Shown: positions 48,318 through 61,370 of the stretch, one piece after another
How positions within the stretch are numbered: the stretch's first letter is position 1
Layout: each line of letters opens with the position of its first letter
Assembly (NCBI GenBank): GCA_002269645.1
Contig: NIVC01000583.1
Coordinates: forward strand, 1 to 64,000
DNA length: 64,000 bases
Origin: Macrostomum lignano
Lineage: Eukaryota
Direction: 5' to 3'
Made by a program: the position numbers and the translations under genes
Notes under the pieces: generated by a model
Told to the model about the DNA's origin: nothing
The model's database searches: none
The model's input: only the letters and a program-made list of their open reading frames with translations

Positions 48318-49715
48318 TGGACACTATAGACACATGTAGTGCAGACCAACAGACACTATAGACACATGTAGTGCAGACCAACAGACACTATAGACACATG
48401 TAGTGCAGACCAACAGACACTATAGACACATGCAGTGCAAACCAACAGACACTATAGACACATGCAGTGCAGACCAACATACACAACAGACACTATAGAC
48501 ACATGCAGTGCAGACCAACATACACAACAGACACTATAGACACATGCAGTGCAGACCAACATACACAACAGACACTATAGACACATGCAGTGCAGACCAA
48601 CATACACAACAGACACTATAGACACATGCAGTGCAGACCAACATACACAACAGACACTATAGACACATGCAGTGCAGACCAACATACACAACAGACACTA
48701 TAGACACATGCAGTGCAGACCAACATACACAACAGACACTATAGACACATGCAGTGCAGACCAACAGACACTATAGACGCATACAGTGCAAACCAACAGA
48801 CACTATAGACACATGCAGTGCAGACCAACATACACAACAGACACTATAGACACATGCAGTGCAGACCGACATACACAACAGACACTATAGACACATGCAG
48901 TGCAGACCAACAGACACAACAGACACTATAGACACATGCAGTGCAGACCGACATACACAACAGACACTATAGACACATGCAGTGCAGACCGACATACACA
49001 ACAGACACTATAGACACATGCAGTGCAGACCAACAGACACAACAGACACTATAGACACATGCAGTGCAGACCGACATACACAACAGACACTATAGACACA
49101 TGCAGTGCAGACCAACAGACACAACAGACACTATAGACACATGCAGTGCAGACCGACATAGACAACAGACACTATAGACACATGCAGTGCAGACCGACAT
49201 ACACAACAGACACTATAAACACATGCAGTGCAGACCAACAGACACTATAGACACATGCAGTGCAGACCGACATACACAACAGACACTATAGACACATGCA
49301 GTGCAGACCAACAGACACAACAGACACTATAGACACATGCAGTGCAGACCAACAGACACTATAGACGCATACAGTGCAAACCAACAGACACTATAGACAC
49401 ATGCAGTGCAGACCGACATACACAACAGACACTATAGACACATGCAGTGCAGACCAACATACACAACAGACACTATAGACACATGCAGTGCAGACCAACA
49501 GACACTATAGACACATGCAGTGCAGACCAACAGACACTATAGACACATGCAGTGCAGACCAACAGACACTATAGACACATGCAGTGCAGACCAACAGACA
49601 CTATAGACACATGCAGTGCAGACCAACAGACACTATAGACACATGCAGTGCAGACAACAGATACTATAGACACAAATAGTGCAGACCAACAGACAGACAA
49701 TATAGACACATGCAG
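48318..49715 (+). repeat. Minisatellite, 32/41-bp units GACACTATAGACACATGCAGTGCAGACCAACA(TACACAACA)
   Basis: Tandem copies seen directly. Confidence 0.95.
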
Positions 49716-51601
49716 TACACTGTACAGATCTACAGATACAGATACAAGCAAAATCAATACAAAGGCAAGGAAGGAAAAAGAATGGCAAGTCAGTTTATCA
49801 TTTGCCATTAAATTATATATTTGGCTGGGGGGCTTATCGTTTTATTGTTAGTTGAGCAAAGTTGCGCAAAGAACACACTTCTTTACATTCCATGGTTTTG
49901 AACTGGTCAATTGTTATTTAGTTTTTATTAAACTAACAAAACACCATGTGTATGCAAAAAAGTGTGGTCCAATGGCAACTTTAGCAGTCTTTTTATTCTT
50001 GTTTTGCATTAGTACGAGCATGGTGAGCTAGTGTGAGTTATTAGTAAAACAAAAAGTTCTTACCGTTCGTCTGTTCTTTTGTACCGTTTTAGATTTTGGG
50101 GAAAAACTCTCGTAACTTCCTGTCTGTCTGCTGTGTGGTTGTCTAAGGGGTTTCCATTATATATGCCAACCGGTTCTACCCACCCTTTCCGTAGGATTTT
50201 AGTGAGGATGTTTCTCTCTTCCCTTCTAGCCTATGCTATCTTTGTTGCGTTTTCCCCTTTGGGTTCTTCCCTTCTCCCAGCTGTCCAATCAAATGCCACA
50301 CTCCGAGGGGTTCGGAGGGCGTTTTATGACGCCCCTCCTCTCTCTCCTTCTTTGGCCTGGGGCTTCTGCCCCAATTCATTTCTTCATTTTTTCGATTTCC
50401 TAGACGCATAACAGAGATGGGGAGTTGCCAGAGGGAACTGTGCCCGTGACTCAGCACCAAGGCTTTGACTGTTCTGGGAAAGTCTCTGACTCTACACACA
50501 TTCGTTCGTTCATTTTTCTCTCCTCGGAATTTACCTGGATTGTAAAACTTACCTTGCAAATGGCAAAGTTGCAACGCAGAAACAGCACTGAAGAAGGCAG
50601 GCAGACTTGGTGTCAGAAGCGAACGCCTAGTTCGTAATTTATTTATTTCTATCTTCTTTTCTGGTTTCTGGGCTCTTCTCAACAGTGACAGTCGACTGTT
50701 CTTATATTTGTCTATGGCACATAATTAATATTCAATAATTATCTTTTTAAGGCATGTGTAGACCATAGAGTATAGACCATGCGCATGATTCGTTCTGTCT
50801 GTATATTTCGATTTGAGATGCGTTTATGTAGCACAACAATGGATGCCAGTTTCTGCCTAAATGTTAGCACGGCTTTTGGCTGGACTGAGAAAGAGGTTAG
50901 AAATGACAGGAGAGGAAAGAGATGAGGAGAGAGCTGTGAAGAGACGCAAACCTTGAAGTTTTAAAACACCCGAGGGCCGGCCCCAGAGTTAAATACTTGC
51001 TGCTAATTCTCAATCTCGTATGCTCCAAAAAATTTTAGCTGCCAAAAATAAATTTAAATGACACTCCGCAGACAAACTACTAAATAAAGAGTAGCGCCAT
51101 TTAGCTTTCATTTTAAATTTAACTGACTTACAAAGAATTAACATCAAGTCCGCTGTCTTCTTTTTGCCCGCAGAGCTGAACCTGTCTTTCGGTTGGAACC
51201 AACGCGCGATCGTCGATGTGCATTTATAACTATGGGCAGCCGCGTGCCATGTGTAACACATTTAACTTTTTATAGTTGATAAATAAAATGCATATCAATT
51301 TGTCGATTCGATTTTTTAACTGACTTTTTTGTTCCTTTCTCTTAAATTTTTAATTAACAAATTTTACTGCATCATGAGATATGACGAAAGGCGGTTAAGT
51401 GAGTTTTTAATATTTTAGAAGCAGAGCTACTTACTAAGTAGTATACACTGACATTAAAATTAATATATTACGAGTGTATCATAGCAGTAACTGTCCATCT
51501 GCTCGCCTCCCGCTGCTAATACTTGGGTTTTGAAGCCCTCAGTTAGACCGCACTGACCAACTGATTGTTGACAAGAACTTTTCCCTTGAAAAAGAGACAG
51601 C

Positions 51602-52896
51602 ATGGTTGGCAAGAAGGAGTCCGCTAAGAAGCTGCGCACCAAGACCAAGGTCGACTTGGAGAAGCAGCTCAATGAGCTCAAGCAGGAATTGGCTACGCTT
51701 CGTGTTGCCAAGGTAAACAAATCGATTGTCGCGCTTAAGAAATGCTAGAATCGCCCTGAGCCATACCATAATCGCCCTGAGCCATACCAGAATCGCCCTA
51801 AACCACACCACAATCGCCCTGAACCATACCAGAATCGCCCTGAAGCACACCGGAATCGCCCTGAAACACACCAGAATCGCCCTGCACCACACCAGAATCG
51901 CCCTGCACCACACCAGAATCGCCTTGAACCGCACTAGAATCGCCCTGAACCGCGCCAGAATCGCCCTGAACCACACCAGAATCGCCCTGAGCCATACCAG
52001 AATCGCCCTAAACCACACCACAATCGCCCTGAACCATACCAGAATCGCCCTGAAGCACACCGGAATCGCCCTGAAACACACCAGAATCGCCCTGCACCAC
52101 ACCAGAATCGCCCTGAGCCACACCAGAATCGCCCTGAACCGCACTAGAATCGCCCTGAAGCACACCAGAATCGCCCTGAACCGCGCTAGAATGGCCCTGA
52201 ACCGCACTAGAATCGCCCTGAAGCGCACTAGAATCGCCCTGAACCGCACTAGAATCGCCCTGAACCGCACTAGAATCGCCCTGAACCGCACTAGAATCGC
52301 CCTGAACCGCACTAGAATCGCCCTGAACCGCACTAGAATCGCCCTGAACCGCACTAAAATCGCCCTGAAGCACACCAGAATCGCCCTGAACCGCACTAGA
52401 ATCGCCCTGAACCGCACTAGAATCGCCCTGAACCACACCAGAATCGCCCTGAAGCACACCAGAATCGCCCTGAACCACACCAGAATCGCCCTGAAGCACA
52501 CCAGAATCGCCCTGAACCACACCAGAATCGCCCTGAAGCACACCAGAATCGCCCTGAACCACACCAGAATCGCCCTGAACCACACCGGAATCGCCCTGAA
52601 CCAGTCCTCACCCATGGAACCTGCAGGTGACGGGCGGCGCCGCCTCCAAGCTGGCCCAGATTCACCAGGTGCGCAAGATGATCGCCCGCGTCTACACGGT
52701 CATCCACCAGACCCAGAAAGACGCTGTCCGCCAATTCCAAAAGAAATCCAGCAAGCGCTTCTCGCGCGACCTCCGCGCCAAGAAGACCCGCGCCCTGCGC
52801 CGCGCCCTGACGCCGTTCGAGGCCAGCCGGACCACCGCCAAGCAGCAGCGCAGGAAGCGCGCCTTCCCTGTCCGTCGCTTCGCTGTGAAAGCTTAA
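51602..52896 (+). CDS. RPL35: 60S ribosomal protein L35 (uL29), 126 aa. Exons 51602-51712 and 52627-52896.
   Basis: LEKQLNELKQELATLRVAK|VTGGAASKL..I..VRK.IARV.TVI and DLRAKKTRALRRALT. Phase-0 GT-AG intron. Pyrimidine tract CTTTTCCCTT (possible TOP motif) at 51578. Confidence 0.97.
51746..52602 (+). repeat. Minisatellite, 21-bp unit AGAATCGCCCTGAACCACACC, filling the RPL35 intron
   Basis: About 40 tandem copies. Confidence 0.95.
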
Positions 52897-53179
52897 AATG
52901 TTTTCTATTGGACCGATTTGTTGATCAACTAGGCAGTTTGCAGTGCGTCAGTGACTTCAGTTGGGTCTGCGCTGGCTTGGATCGTAAATAAATGCCTAAG
53001 CATTCGCTTAATCTAGCTGGAAACAAATTTGACCGGGATGGTCTCGAGAGATGCGCGATTTGGATTAAATTTTTCTTGTCCGTGTTGCCTCATCATTTTC
53101 GGACTTTAGTAAAGCATATTTAGCAGTTTAGCTTGGAATAGGGATAGTAGTGGGTATAGTTATTATAGGAATATTCTGT

Positions 53180-53229
53180 CTGTGCTGAGTATCTGTCTGC
53201 CTGTCTGTCTGTCTGTCTGTCTGTCTGCC

Positions 53230-53262
<33 letters not shown>

Positions 53263-53890
53263 GCCTGTCTGTCTGCCTGTCTGTCTGTCTGTCTGCCTGT
53301 CTGCCTGTCTGTCTGTCTGTCTGCCTGTCTGCCTGCCTGTCTGTCTGTCTGTTTGTCTGTCCGTCTGCCTTTCTGTCTGTCTGTCTGCCTGCCTGTCTGT
53401 CTGCCTGCCTGTCTGTCTGTCTGTCTGTCTTCCCGTCTGTCTGTCTGTCTGTCTGCCTGTCTGCCTGTCTGTCTGTCTGCCTGCCTGTCTGCCTGCCTGT
53501 CTGTCTGTCTGTTTGTCTGTCCGTCTGCCTTTCTGTCTGTCTGTCTGCCTGCCTGTCTGTCTGCCTGCCTGTCTGTCTGTCTGTCTTCCCGTCTGTCTGT
53601 CTGTCTTCCCGTCTGTCTGTCTATCTGTCTGCCTGTCTGCTTGCCTGCCTGTCTGTCTGTCTGTCTTCCCGTCTGTCTGTCTGTCTGTCTGCCTGTCTGT
53701 CTGTCTGTCTGTCTTCCCGTCTGTCTGTCTGTCTTCCCGTCTGTCTGTCTATCTGTCTGCCTGTCTGCTTGCCTGCCTGTCTGTCTGTCTGTCTTCCCGT
53801 CTGTCTGTCTGTCTGTCTATCTGTCTGCCTGTCTGTCTGTCTGTCTGTCTGTCTTAGTGTCTGTCTGTCTGTCTCTCTTTCTGTCTGTCT
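53180..53890 (+). repeat. (GTCT/GCCT)n array
   Basis: Seen directly. Confidence 0.95.
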
Positions 53891-54182
53891 ATCCAGCAGT
53901 CGTAGGCGGCCATCACGGAGCAGGTAAAACGGGAGGCTTATTGCTAAAGCCAATCTGATGCACCCCTCCTCACTAACCGCTCCAATAGTAGTGCTCGGCA
54001 CGCTCTTCCTTGAGGGTGACTTCGCTTAAGTCATTTTGAGTCACCTACAGAAACGGAGTGAACATTAAGACACTTGAAAAGTAAAACGGATTACTGAGAC
54101 TTGTATTTCTACTTTTAGTAGTATAAGCAGTATACGGATATTCCAGCGCAAAATTTAGCACTTCAATAAAAAACTCAACTTC

Positions 54183-57103
54183 ATGCTGTCTCTGTGTGCC
54201 AGACGATTCCAGAAGCTTCTGCCAACCGTAGCCGCCGCTGCTTGTCTCAGCAGAAGCAACGGACAGCTGTCCGAATCGCAAATGACGTCAGCCGGCAACA
54301 GTCTGGCCGCGTTGGTGCAGCTGCACTGCACTAACAACAAGGCTAGGAATTTTGCTCAGGCTCGCGGCCACATTTTATCGGCCGCGTCGGCTGGCGCTGG
54401 CATTGTTTTCCTGCCCGAGTGCACCGACTATGTGGCTGAGAGCGTGGCCGAGAGCATACGAATGGCTGAGCCTATCGATGGCCCAACCTGCTCTGATTAC
54501 AGAGCTCTGGCTAGGGAGACCGGACTCTGGCTGTCTATTGGCAGTTTGCACCTGCGCGACCAACCCGCCGCGGATGAGGTACTTTCTGACGCCGTCTGGA
54601 AGTTGACTGATGAGGCCTGATTTTATCATTGGGTTATGTGCCCCTCTTGACAGATGCTCATGAAATCGCAGGCGTTGCCCTTAGGACTCGTCCTCGCAAG
54701 AATCTCCCCTTATAAATCACCCCCTCCGGAATCGCCCTCGCAAGAATCGCCCTGGCAAGAATCTCCCCTTATAAATCGCCCTCGCAAGAATCTCCCCTTA
54801 TGAATCACCCTTGCAAGAATCTCCCCTTATGAATCACCCTTGCAAGAATCGCCCCTCAGGCTCAGGAATCGCCCCCTCCGAAATCTCCCTCGCAAGAATC
54901 GCCCCTCAGGCTCAGGAATCGCCCCTTATGAATCGCCCCCTCCGAAATCGCCCTCGCAAGAATCGCCCCTCAGGCTCAGGAATCGCCCCTCAGGAATCGC
55001 CTCCCTCAAGAATTGCCCTTTATAAATCGCCCTGGCAAGAATCGCCAAGCGAGAACCTATCCGAATCCATTAAAAACTTCAGCAGCCGAACGGCGCCACC
55101 CAAGGCGCTGAGCGCATCAGCAACAGCCACCTGCTAATTGACCCTGAGGGCCGCATCGCCGGCCGCTACGACAAGGCGCACATGTTCGACGTTCAAGTGC
55201 CCGGCGACGGCGGCGGCAATCCCGGCGGCGGCAGAAGCTTCTTGGAGTCGCGGTACACGAAGCCGGGCGACAGTCTGGCGCCGGTGATTGACACCCCGGT
55301 CGGCCGGGTGGGCCTGGCCATCTGCTACGATATGCGATTCGCGGAATTGGCCATCGGGATGAGAGAGCGAGGGGCGCAGATTATCACCTATCCCAGCGCT
55401 TTCACCGTGCCTACGGGTGAGGCAAATTATTGATTAGTATAATGGGCCTTTTATGGCACTATGAGGGGTTGTAGCCTAGTGGTTAGAGCGTCGGACTCAA
55501 CTGAAAGGTCGGGGGTTCGATTCCCAACCCACTCGAAACAATTTGTGGCCTTGAGCAGGACGCTAAACTCTGCATTGCTTCAGTTCACTCAGCTCTAAAA
55601 TGGGTGCCAGCATTAGCTGGGGTAATTGAGGGTGTTTGGCGACCCCTCAGTTCCTGGAGTGAACGGCCGTACGCAGCCCTCAGATGCGCCGCGCAATAGC
55701 TCCGGCTGAGCTGTCGGTTGCACATCTGGCCCAATTGGGCAAGTTTAATAAATTATTATTATGACGCTACATGGCTTTTTGTGGCGCTTAAATACGCTCG
55801 TAAATCTTTGTGGCCCTTCATGGTAGTTCGGATCGCCGATAAAATATTTTTGGTGCCATTGAATCAATCCCAGCTATTCGAATCCCAACCGCAGGCCAGG
55901 CCCACTGGTCCGCTCTGCTGCGCGCCAGAGCCATCGAGACCCAATGCTGGCTGGTGGCCGCCGCCCAGGCCGGCTCGCACAATCCCAGGCGGCATTCGTA
56001 CGGCCACGCCTGCATTATCGACCCGTGGGGCAAGGTGTGCGCCGAACTTGATGACAAATCAGATGGCCTGGCCCTGTGTCAGATTAATTTGAAATACCTG
56101 GAACAGGTTCGAGCCGGTATGCCGGTGATGCAGCAACGACGATTAGATCTGTATCCCAGCGTGTCGGGCCAGCTGCATCTGCGTGAGTTGCCTGTCTGTC
56201 CACCACTATAAAAAATTAAAACGTAATGTTTATTACAGTACCAAGTGTCACGGTTGATAAATATTTATTGACTGACGTCAGTTTCTATATGTGGAAATAT
56301 CGATCGATTTCATGTGTCATAAAGCCAGTTTCTATATTCAGAATTATTGATCGATTTCATGTGTCATAAAGCCAGTTTCTATATTTAGAAATATCGATCG
56401 ATTTCATGTGTCATACAGTAAGTTTCTATATTTAGAATTATCGATTGATTTTATGCGTCAAGCCAGGTTCTATATTTAAAATTATCGATCGATTTCATGT
56501 GTCATAAAGCCAGTTTCTATATTTAGAAATATATCACAGATAGAGCATGACGTCACTTTCAATTCATTGCTTCCTGGCGTCATTTTTAGCCTTCAAAACT
56601 TTTCAGTGCCCATTCCTGACTCAGCCGAGTTCGCGTTCGGTCCGCACCGGCTCCCAGCTAGCGAGCAGGTGTTCTGCCTCACCAGTCTGTCTTTTGCCGC
56701 GGTGAATCTTCGCCCAATCCGGCCGCATCACACGCTGGTCTGCCCGCGCCGTTCGGTTGCAATGCTAAGCGAGCTCACTCCGTTAGAACGGGCGGATCTA
56801 TTCGGCTTAGCTGAGCTGGTGGCCTTCCGGCTGAGGCAGCTCGCCGGCACCGAGTCGTGCAGCTTCAGTCTGCAGGACGGCCCCCTGGCCGGCCAGTCGG
56901 TGCCGCACGTCCACATTCACGTGCTGCCTCGGCTGCCCGGCGACTTCCAGCCGAACGACTCCGTCTACACGGCGCTGGAGGCAGAGCCGAAGCCTGAACG
57001 GCCAAATCGGTCGGCCGAGGAGATGGCCAAAGAGACCGCTCAGTTTCGGGCGCTTTTCTATCATCAAGACACTAATAATACTACTGGTAGAGTAGTAGAG
57101 TAG
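54183..57103 (+). CDS. NitFhit: NitFhit fusion protein (Nit1 deaminated-glutathione amidase-like + Fhit), 504 aa. Exons 54183-54578, 55083-55416, 55895-56182, 56607-57103.
   Basis: Nitrilase triad motifs FLPEC (E), YDKAHMFD (K) and ICYD (C), plus YPSAFT.PTG.AHW and RARAIETQC. HIT motif GQSVPHVHIHVLPR. Exon phases 0,1,1 are consistent; CDS is 1515 nt. Confidence 0.95.
54690..55045 (+). repeat. Mosaic 14-15-bp repeat built on GAATCGCCC (NitFhit intron 1)
   Basis: Seen directly. Confidence 0.85.
55465..55762 (+). mobile_element. tRNA-derived SINE in NitFhit intron 2
   Basis: A box TAGCCTAGTGG, B box GGTTCGATTCCC, a body containing CCTTGAGCAGG..CAGCTCTAAAATGGGT, and an (ATT)n tail. Confidence 0.8.
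56280..56530 (+). repeat. Degenerate ~47-bp tandem repeat (NitFhit intron 3)
   Basis: AGTTTCTATATTTAGAAATATCGATCGATTTCATGTGTCATAAAGCC, about 5 copies. Confidence 0.85.
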
Positions 57104-57486
57104 AAGTGTTCTGACTGTTCTTAAAGTAGAAAATCGTGCATTTTTCTCATAATAATAGCTTTATCCGGTTAACTTGACACTTTCTTGCTGAAAAATAAAC
57201 TAAGCTTCATATTTTAGTCATGTCAGTGTCCTTAAATTTATTATGATTAGAAGTTTTTAACTTTTTCGTTTAATTTGAAAAGAAGAAACGCAAACAAGTG
57301 CTAATTTTAGATTTTTGGTTTGTACTCTAAAAGTACACGTAGCACTTCAATCGATCGTATGTTTAGTAATGTCGGAAGCACGTTGTATTTATTGAAATAA
57401 AAACGTGTGCAAATGGCCTACAAATGCAGCAACAACTGGTAACCTCTGAGAGGTAGCTACGCAAATGCAACGATAATAGAACTAAT

Positions 57487-57911
57487 TTATAAGCGATAAA
57501 CTGATCCAGAGATGCAGACGATATCGCGATGCGATTGGTCTGTTATTGTCGCCTGTCTCGATACCACAGCTTCACATTCGCCTTCGCCGTCGCCCTCGCC
57601 TACAATTTGCCAACCAACGCACATCGCCTCGGTAGTGTGGCCGTACAGAAACTCCAGCTGCTGTAGCGGCAAGTTGGGATCTGTTAGGATGAACAAATAG
57701 GATGGAGTTTGAATGTCACAATCCGATCTTTAGGCGTCATAATTGCGGTGCCATTTGGCATCCCGGGAACAAACAGCTAGCGTGAATTATAAAGTTCAAA
57801 ATCAACACCATCTCTAACATTACTTGAGACCCTTGTCTGTCGTAGTGTCTGTCTGTCTGTCTGTGTCTGTCTGTGTCTGCCTTTCTGTATGTCTGTCTGT
57901 CTGTCTGTCTC

Positions 57912-57943
<32 letters not shown>

Positions 57944-58000
57944 CCTTTCTGTCTGTCTGTCTGTCTGTCTGTCTCTGTCTGTCTGCTGTCTGTCTGTCTC

Positions 58001-58043
<43 letters not shown>

Positions 58044-58046
58044 GCC

Positions 58047-58081
<35 letters not shown>

Positions 58082-58108
58082 GTCTGTCTGTGTCTGTCTG
58101 TCTGCCTT

Positions 58109-58187
<79 letters not shown>

Positions 58188-58208
58188 GTCTGTCTGTCTG
58201 TCTGTCTC

Positions 58209-58267
<59 letters not shown>

Positions 58268-59415
58268 GCCTTTCTGTCTGTCTGCCTTTCTGTCTGTCTG
58301 TCTGTCTGCCTGCCTTTCTGTCTGTCTGTCTGTCTGTCTCTCTGTCTGTCTCTCTGTCTATCTGTCTGTCTGCCTTTCTGTCTGTCTGTCTGTCTGCCTT
58401 TCTGTCTGTCTGTCTGTCTAAGTGTCTGTCTGTGTCTATCTGTGACCCACAGAAGTTGCAAACTCCTAAAATATGCAACCCAAATAACAATGCATCCAGC
58501 TTAGAAAACACGGTGACAAGAATGAAAGCTAACGCGTAGACACACTCCAGACTCCAGCACACCAGGTTTGTGGTACATTAAGACTTGCAACCCAGATTAA
58601 TTCAACCCTGGCCTCGCCCCGCCTCACCCTGACGGCGCCGCCGGATCAGCAACAGGCCGGCGTCACGCAGCTCAACGCCTTCCATGAATGCATGGCCAAG
58701 GAACTCTCGGCGAAGGCAGTCGCCGGCGACGCTGGCCAAGTCGTCCTGACGATGTGCGTCGATGTCGCTGCCGCTGCTCTCGCTGCGGTGAAGAAAAGTT
58801 TAAAGACAAATAAATTTACAAAGTTGTTGAAAAACCAATTACGAAGACATAATTAGATTTTGTTTCGCATTCACTTCTTGCTACTTGCTACGAGTAGTAG
58901 GTTACGCAACATCGGCCTTACCGAGCAATAATTCTCGGTAAGGCCGATGTGATGAGAAATTCCCCTTTTTAAATGAGAATTCTCAGCATCAAAAAGAAGT
59001 AACCACAGAGTTCTCAACATTCAGGAGAGGAATTCCCGCTGATAAGATGAGGAATTCCCCACCGTGGCTCACCTCCCGCCGCAGTCGCCATTACTGACGA
59101 CGGCAGGGGACGCGCGGCGCGGCGAACGGCGAAGAGCGGCGCGAGCGCAGGTCTGCGCCAACTGGCAGCGCACCAGGTACTCGCCGGCCCCGCTGGTGAC
59201 GCAGCCGACGCCAGTCGAGCCACCATCGTCGTCTTCTACACCTGCATCGCCGACCGACTCGGCCCAGCAGCCGCAGCCAAAAATTGCGGCCTGGCCGACT
59301 CGGCCCGGCTGTTTGAGGGCCACGCCGCCGCTTGAGCAGGCCACCGCGATGCGACCGCTGGAGTCCAGGCAGACTGCGCCAACCTGGAATTCATTGTTTG
59401 ACTGATTGATAGATG

Positions 59416-59451
<36 letters not shown>

Positions 59452-59452
59452 T

Positions 59453-59534
<82 letters not shown>

Positions 59535-59550
59535 GGACAGATAGATAGAC

Positions 59551-59594
<44 letters not shown>

Positions 59595-61177
59595 TGATTG
59601 GTTGACTGATTGGTTGATATCTGACCATTTGCTTGATTGACATTAGTTAAAGGACTGATTGGCGCACTAACTGATGGATTGACACAAATTCTTCAGTCTC
59701 ACCGTGTCGGAAACTGGGCCGCCGCCAGCCGCCGGCGTCAGCCAGCAGCGGTGCCCGCCGTTGCCAAGCTGACGCTCCACCGCCGCCGTAGACGCCGTTG
59801 ACTCCCCCGACGGCGACGAATCAGGCGACTCGGCGCGTCTTTTTCTCGGTCCTAGTCGCTGCTGCTGCTGCTGCTGCTCGGCCGCTTCTAGAAGACGCGA
59901 ATACTTCAAATAGGCAGTTCGAGCAGCTGGGGTGACCAGAGCGTTGTCAGACTCTACGAACCCGACATCGCAGTCGCGGCAGTTGGCCCTGGCCCAGTCC
60001 AGCGCGCCGTGACCGACTAGCAGCGAGGGCGGGATGAGGCCGCCCGGCAGCAGCGGGGACTGCAGCTGCGACTCCAGCAAGCAGCGGGCCACCAGCACAG
60101 GGCGGCGGACCAGGCCGGGCAGGGCGCCGACGCCGGCGAACAGGCCGCGGCTGTCTAGCATGACGCCGGCGTCGCACTGGACGCTGCCGTCACGAGAGAG
60201 GCAGGAGCCGCGGCCGGCGTTGGTTAGCTCGGAGTCCTGCAGGTGGTCGGAGATGACAGCTGTTTGTGTGTTTGTGTCTGTGTCTTTCTGTCTGTCTGTG
60301 TGTGCCTGTGTCTGCCTGTCTGTCTGTGTGTCTGCCTGTCTGTCTGTGTCTTTTTGTCTGTCTGTGTGTCTGCCTGTCTGTCTATGTCTGCCTGTCTGTC
60401 TGTGTCTGCCTGCCTGCCTGTCTGTCTGTCTGTCTGTGTCTGCCTGCCTGCCTGTCTGTCTGCGTCTTTCTGTCTGTCTGCCTGTCTGTTTGTGTCTGCC
60501 TGCCTGTCTGTGTCTGCCTGTGTCTTTCTGTCTGTCTGTGTGTCTGCCTGTCTGTTTGTGTCTGCCTGTCTGTCTGTGTCTGCCTTTCTGTCTGTGTCTG
60601 CCTGTCTGTCTGTGTCTTTCTGTCTGTCTGTGTGTCTGCCTGTCTGTTTGTGTCTGCCTGTCTGTGTCTGCCTTTCTGTCTGTGTCTGCCTGTCTGTTTG
60701 TGTCTGCCTGTCTGTCTGTGTCTGCCTGTCTGTCTGTGTCTGCCTGTCTGCCTGTCTGTCTGTCTGTCTGTCTTAGTGTCTTCAGCCATGTATCAGTCAG
60801 TCAGCCATGCATCTAGCTTTTTATTGTATCTGTGGCCAAACCTAATCAAATAAGCAACCCAACCTCCAGCATGGCCACAGCCAGACTGACGGCTTCCAAA
60901 GCGCCGGCCCCGGCAGCCAGCCGGTCTCCCACAGTCTGGCAGACGCGGCGGCAGAAATCCGTGTAGGCGCGCTCGTTCCGGCGGCTGTAACGCCCGGCAC
61001 CTGCGCGTTGCGAGGCACATAGCAACGGAGTTGTTTACATTGGATACAGGAGTTAATATTGAATATGGTAGTGTATATTTCAAGAAACAGGCAAGCATGC
61101 CTAAAAGAGTAACTGGAATACGATGAGCCCCCAGTCTTACCTGTGTGAACGGCAATAAATGCCCTGTGTCTGTCGGA
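57487..61177 (-). CDS. TASP1: Taspase-1 (threonine aspartase 1). Exons 61177-61141, 61000-60864, 60236-59703, 59383-59073, 58782-58628, 57680-57487; the start-codon exon was not located.
   Basis: FIAVHTGAG, TNAGRGS.L..DG.V.CDA..M, autocleavage site SD|[48 protein letters not shown]. All five introns are GT-AG with matching phases. Confidence 0.95.
57833..58440 (+). repeat. (GTCT)n array (TASP1 intron)
   Basis: Seen directly. Confidence 0.95.
59400..59610 (+). repeat. (ATAG)n microsatellite (TASP1 intron)
   Basis: Seen directly. Confidence 0.95.
60260..60780 (+). repeat. (GTCT/GTGTCT/GCCT)n array (TASP1 intron)
   Basis: Seen directly. Confidence 0.95.
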
Positions 61178-61370
61178 CTGCAAACAAAGCACAGCAGGTG
61201 GTTGTAAACGAAAATGTTAATAGAGCCAATGTTAATAGATTAAAGCATGTAAAGTAATAAGGCCAATTACGCTACACAAATACGAGCTATGAAACTTTTC
61301 TTACTAATCCAAGGCATGACAATGAAGTTTATTTCAATCTATTATTTACTCAATTGCAATTCACACAAAA

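Noticed and set aside
55465-55535. tRNA gene
   Set aside because: It has A/B boxes, but I could not form a complete cloverleaf, and it continues into a SINE body with an (ATT)n tail.
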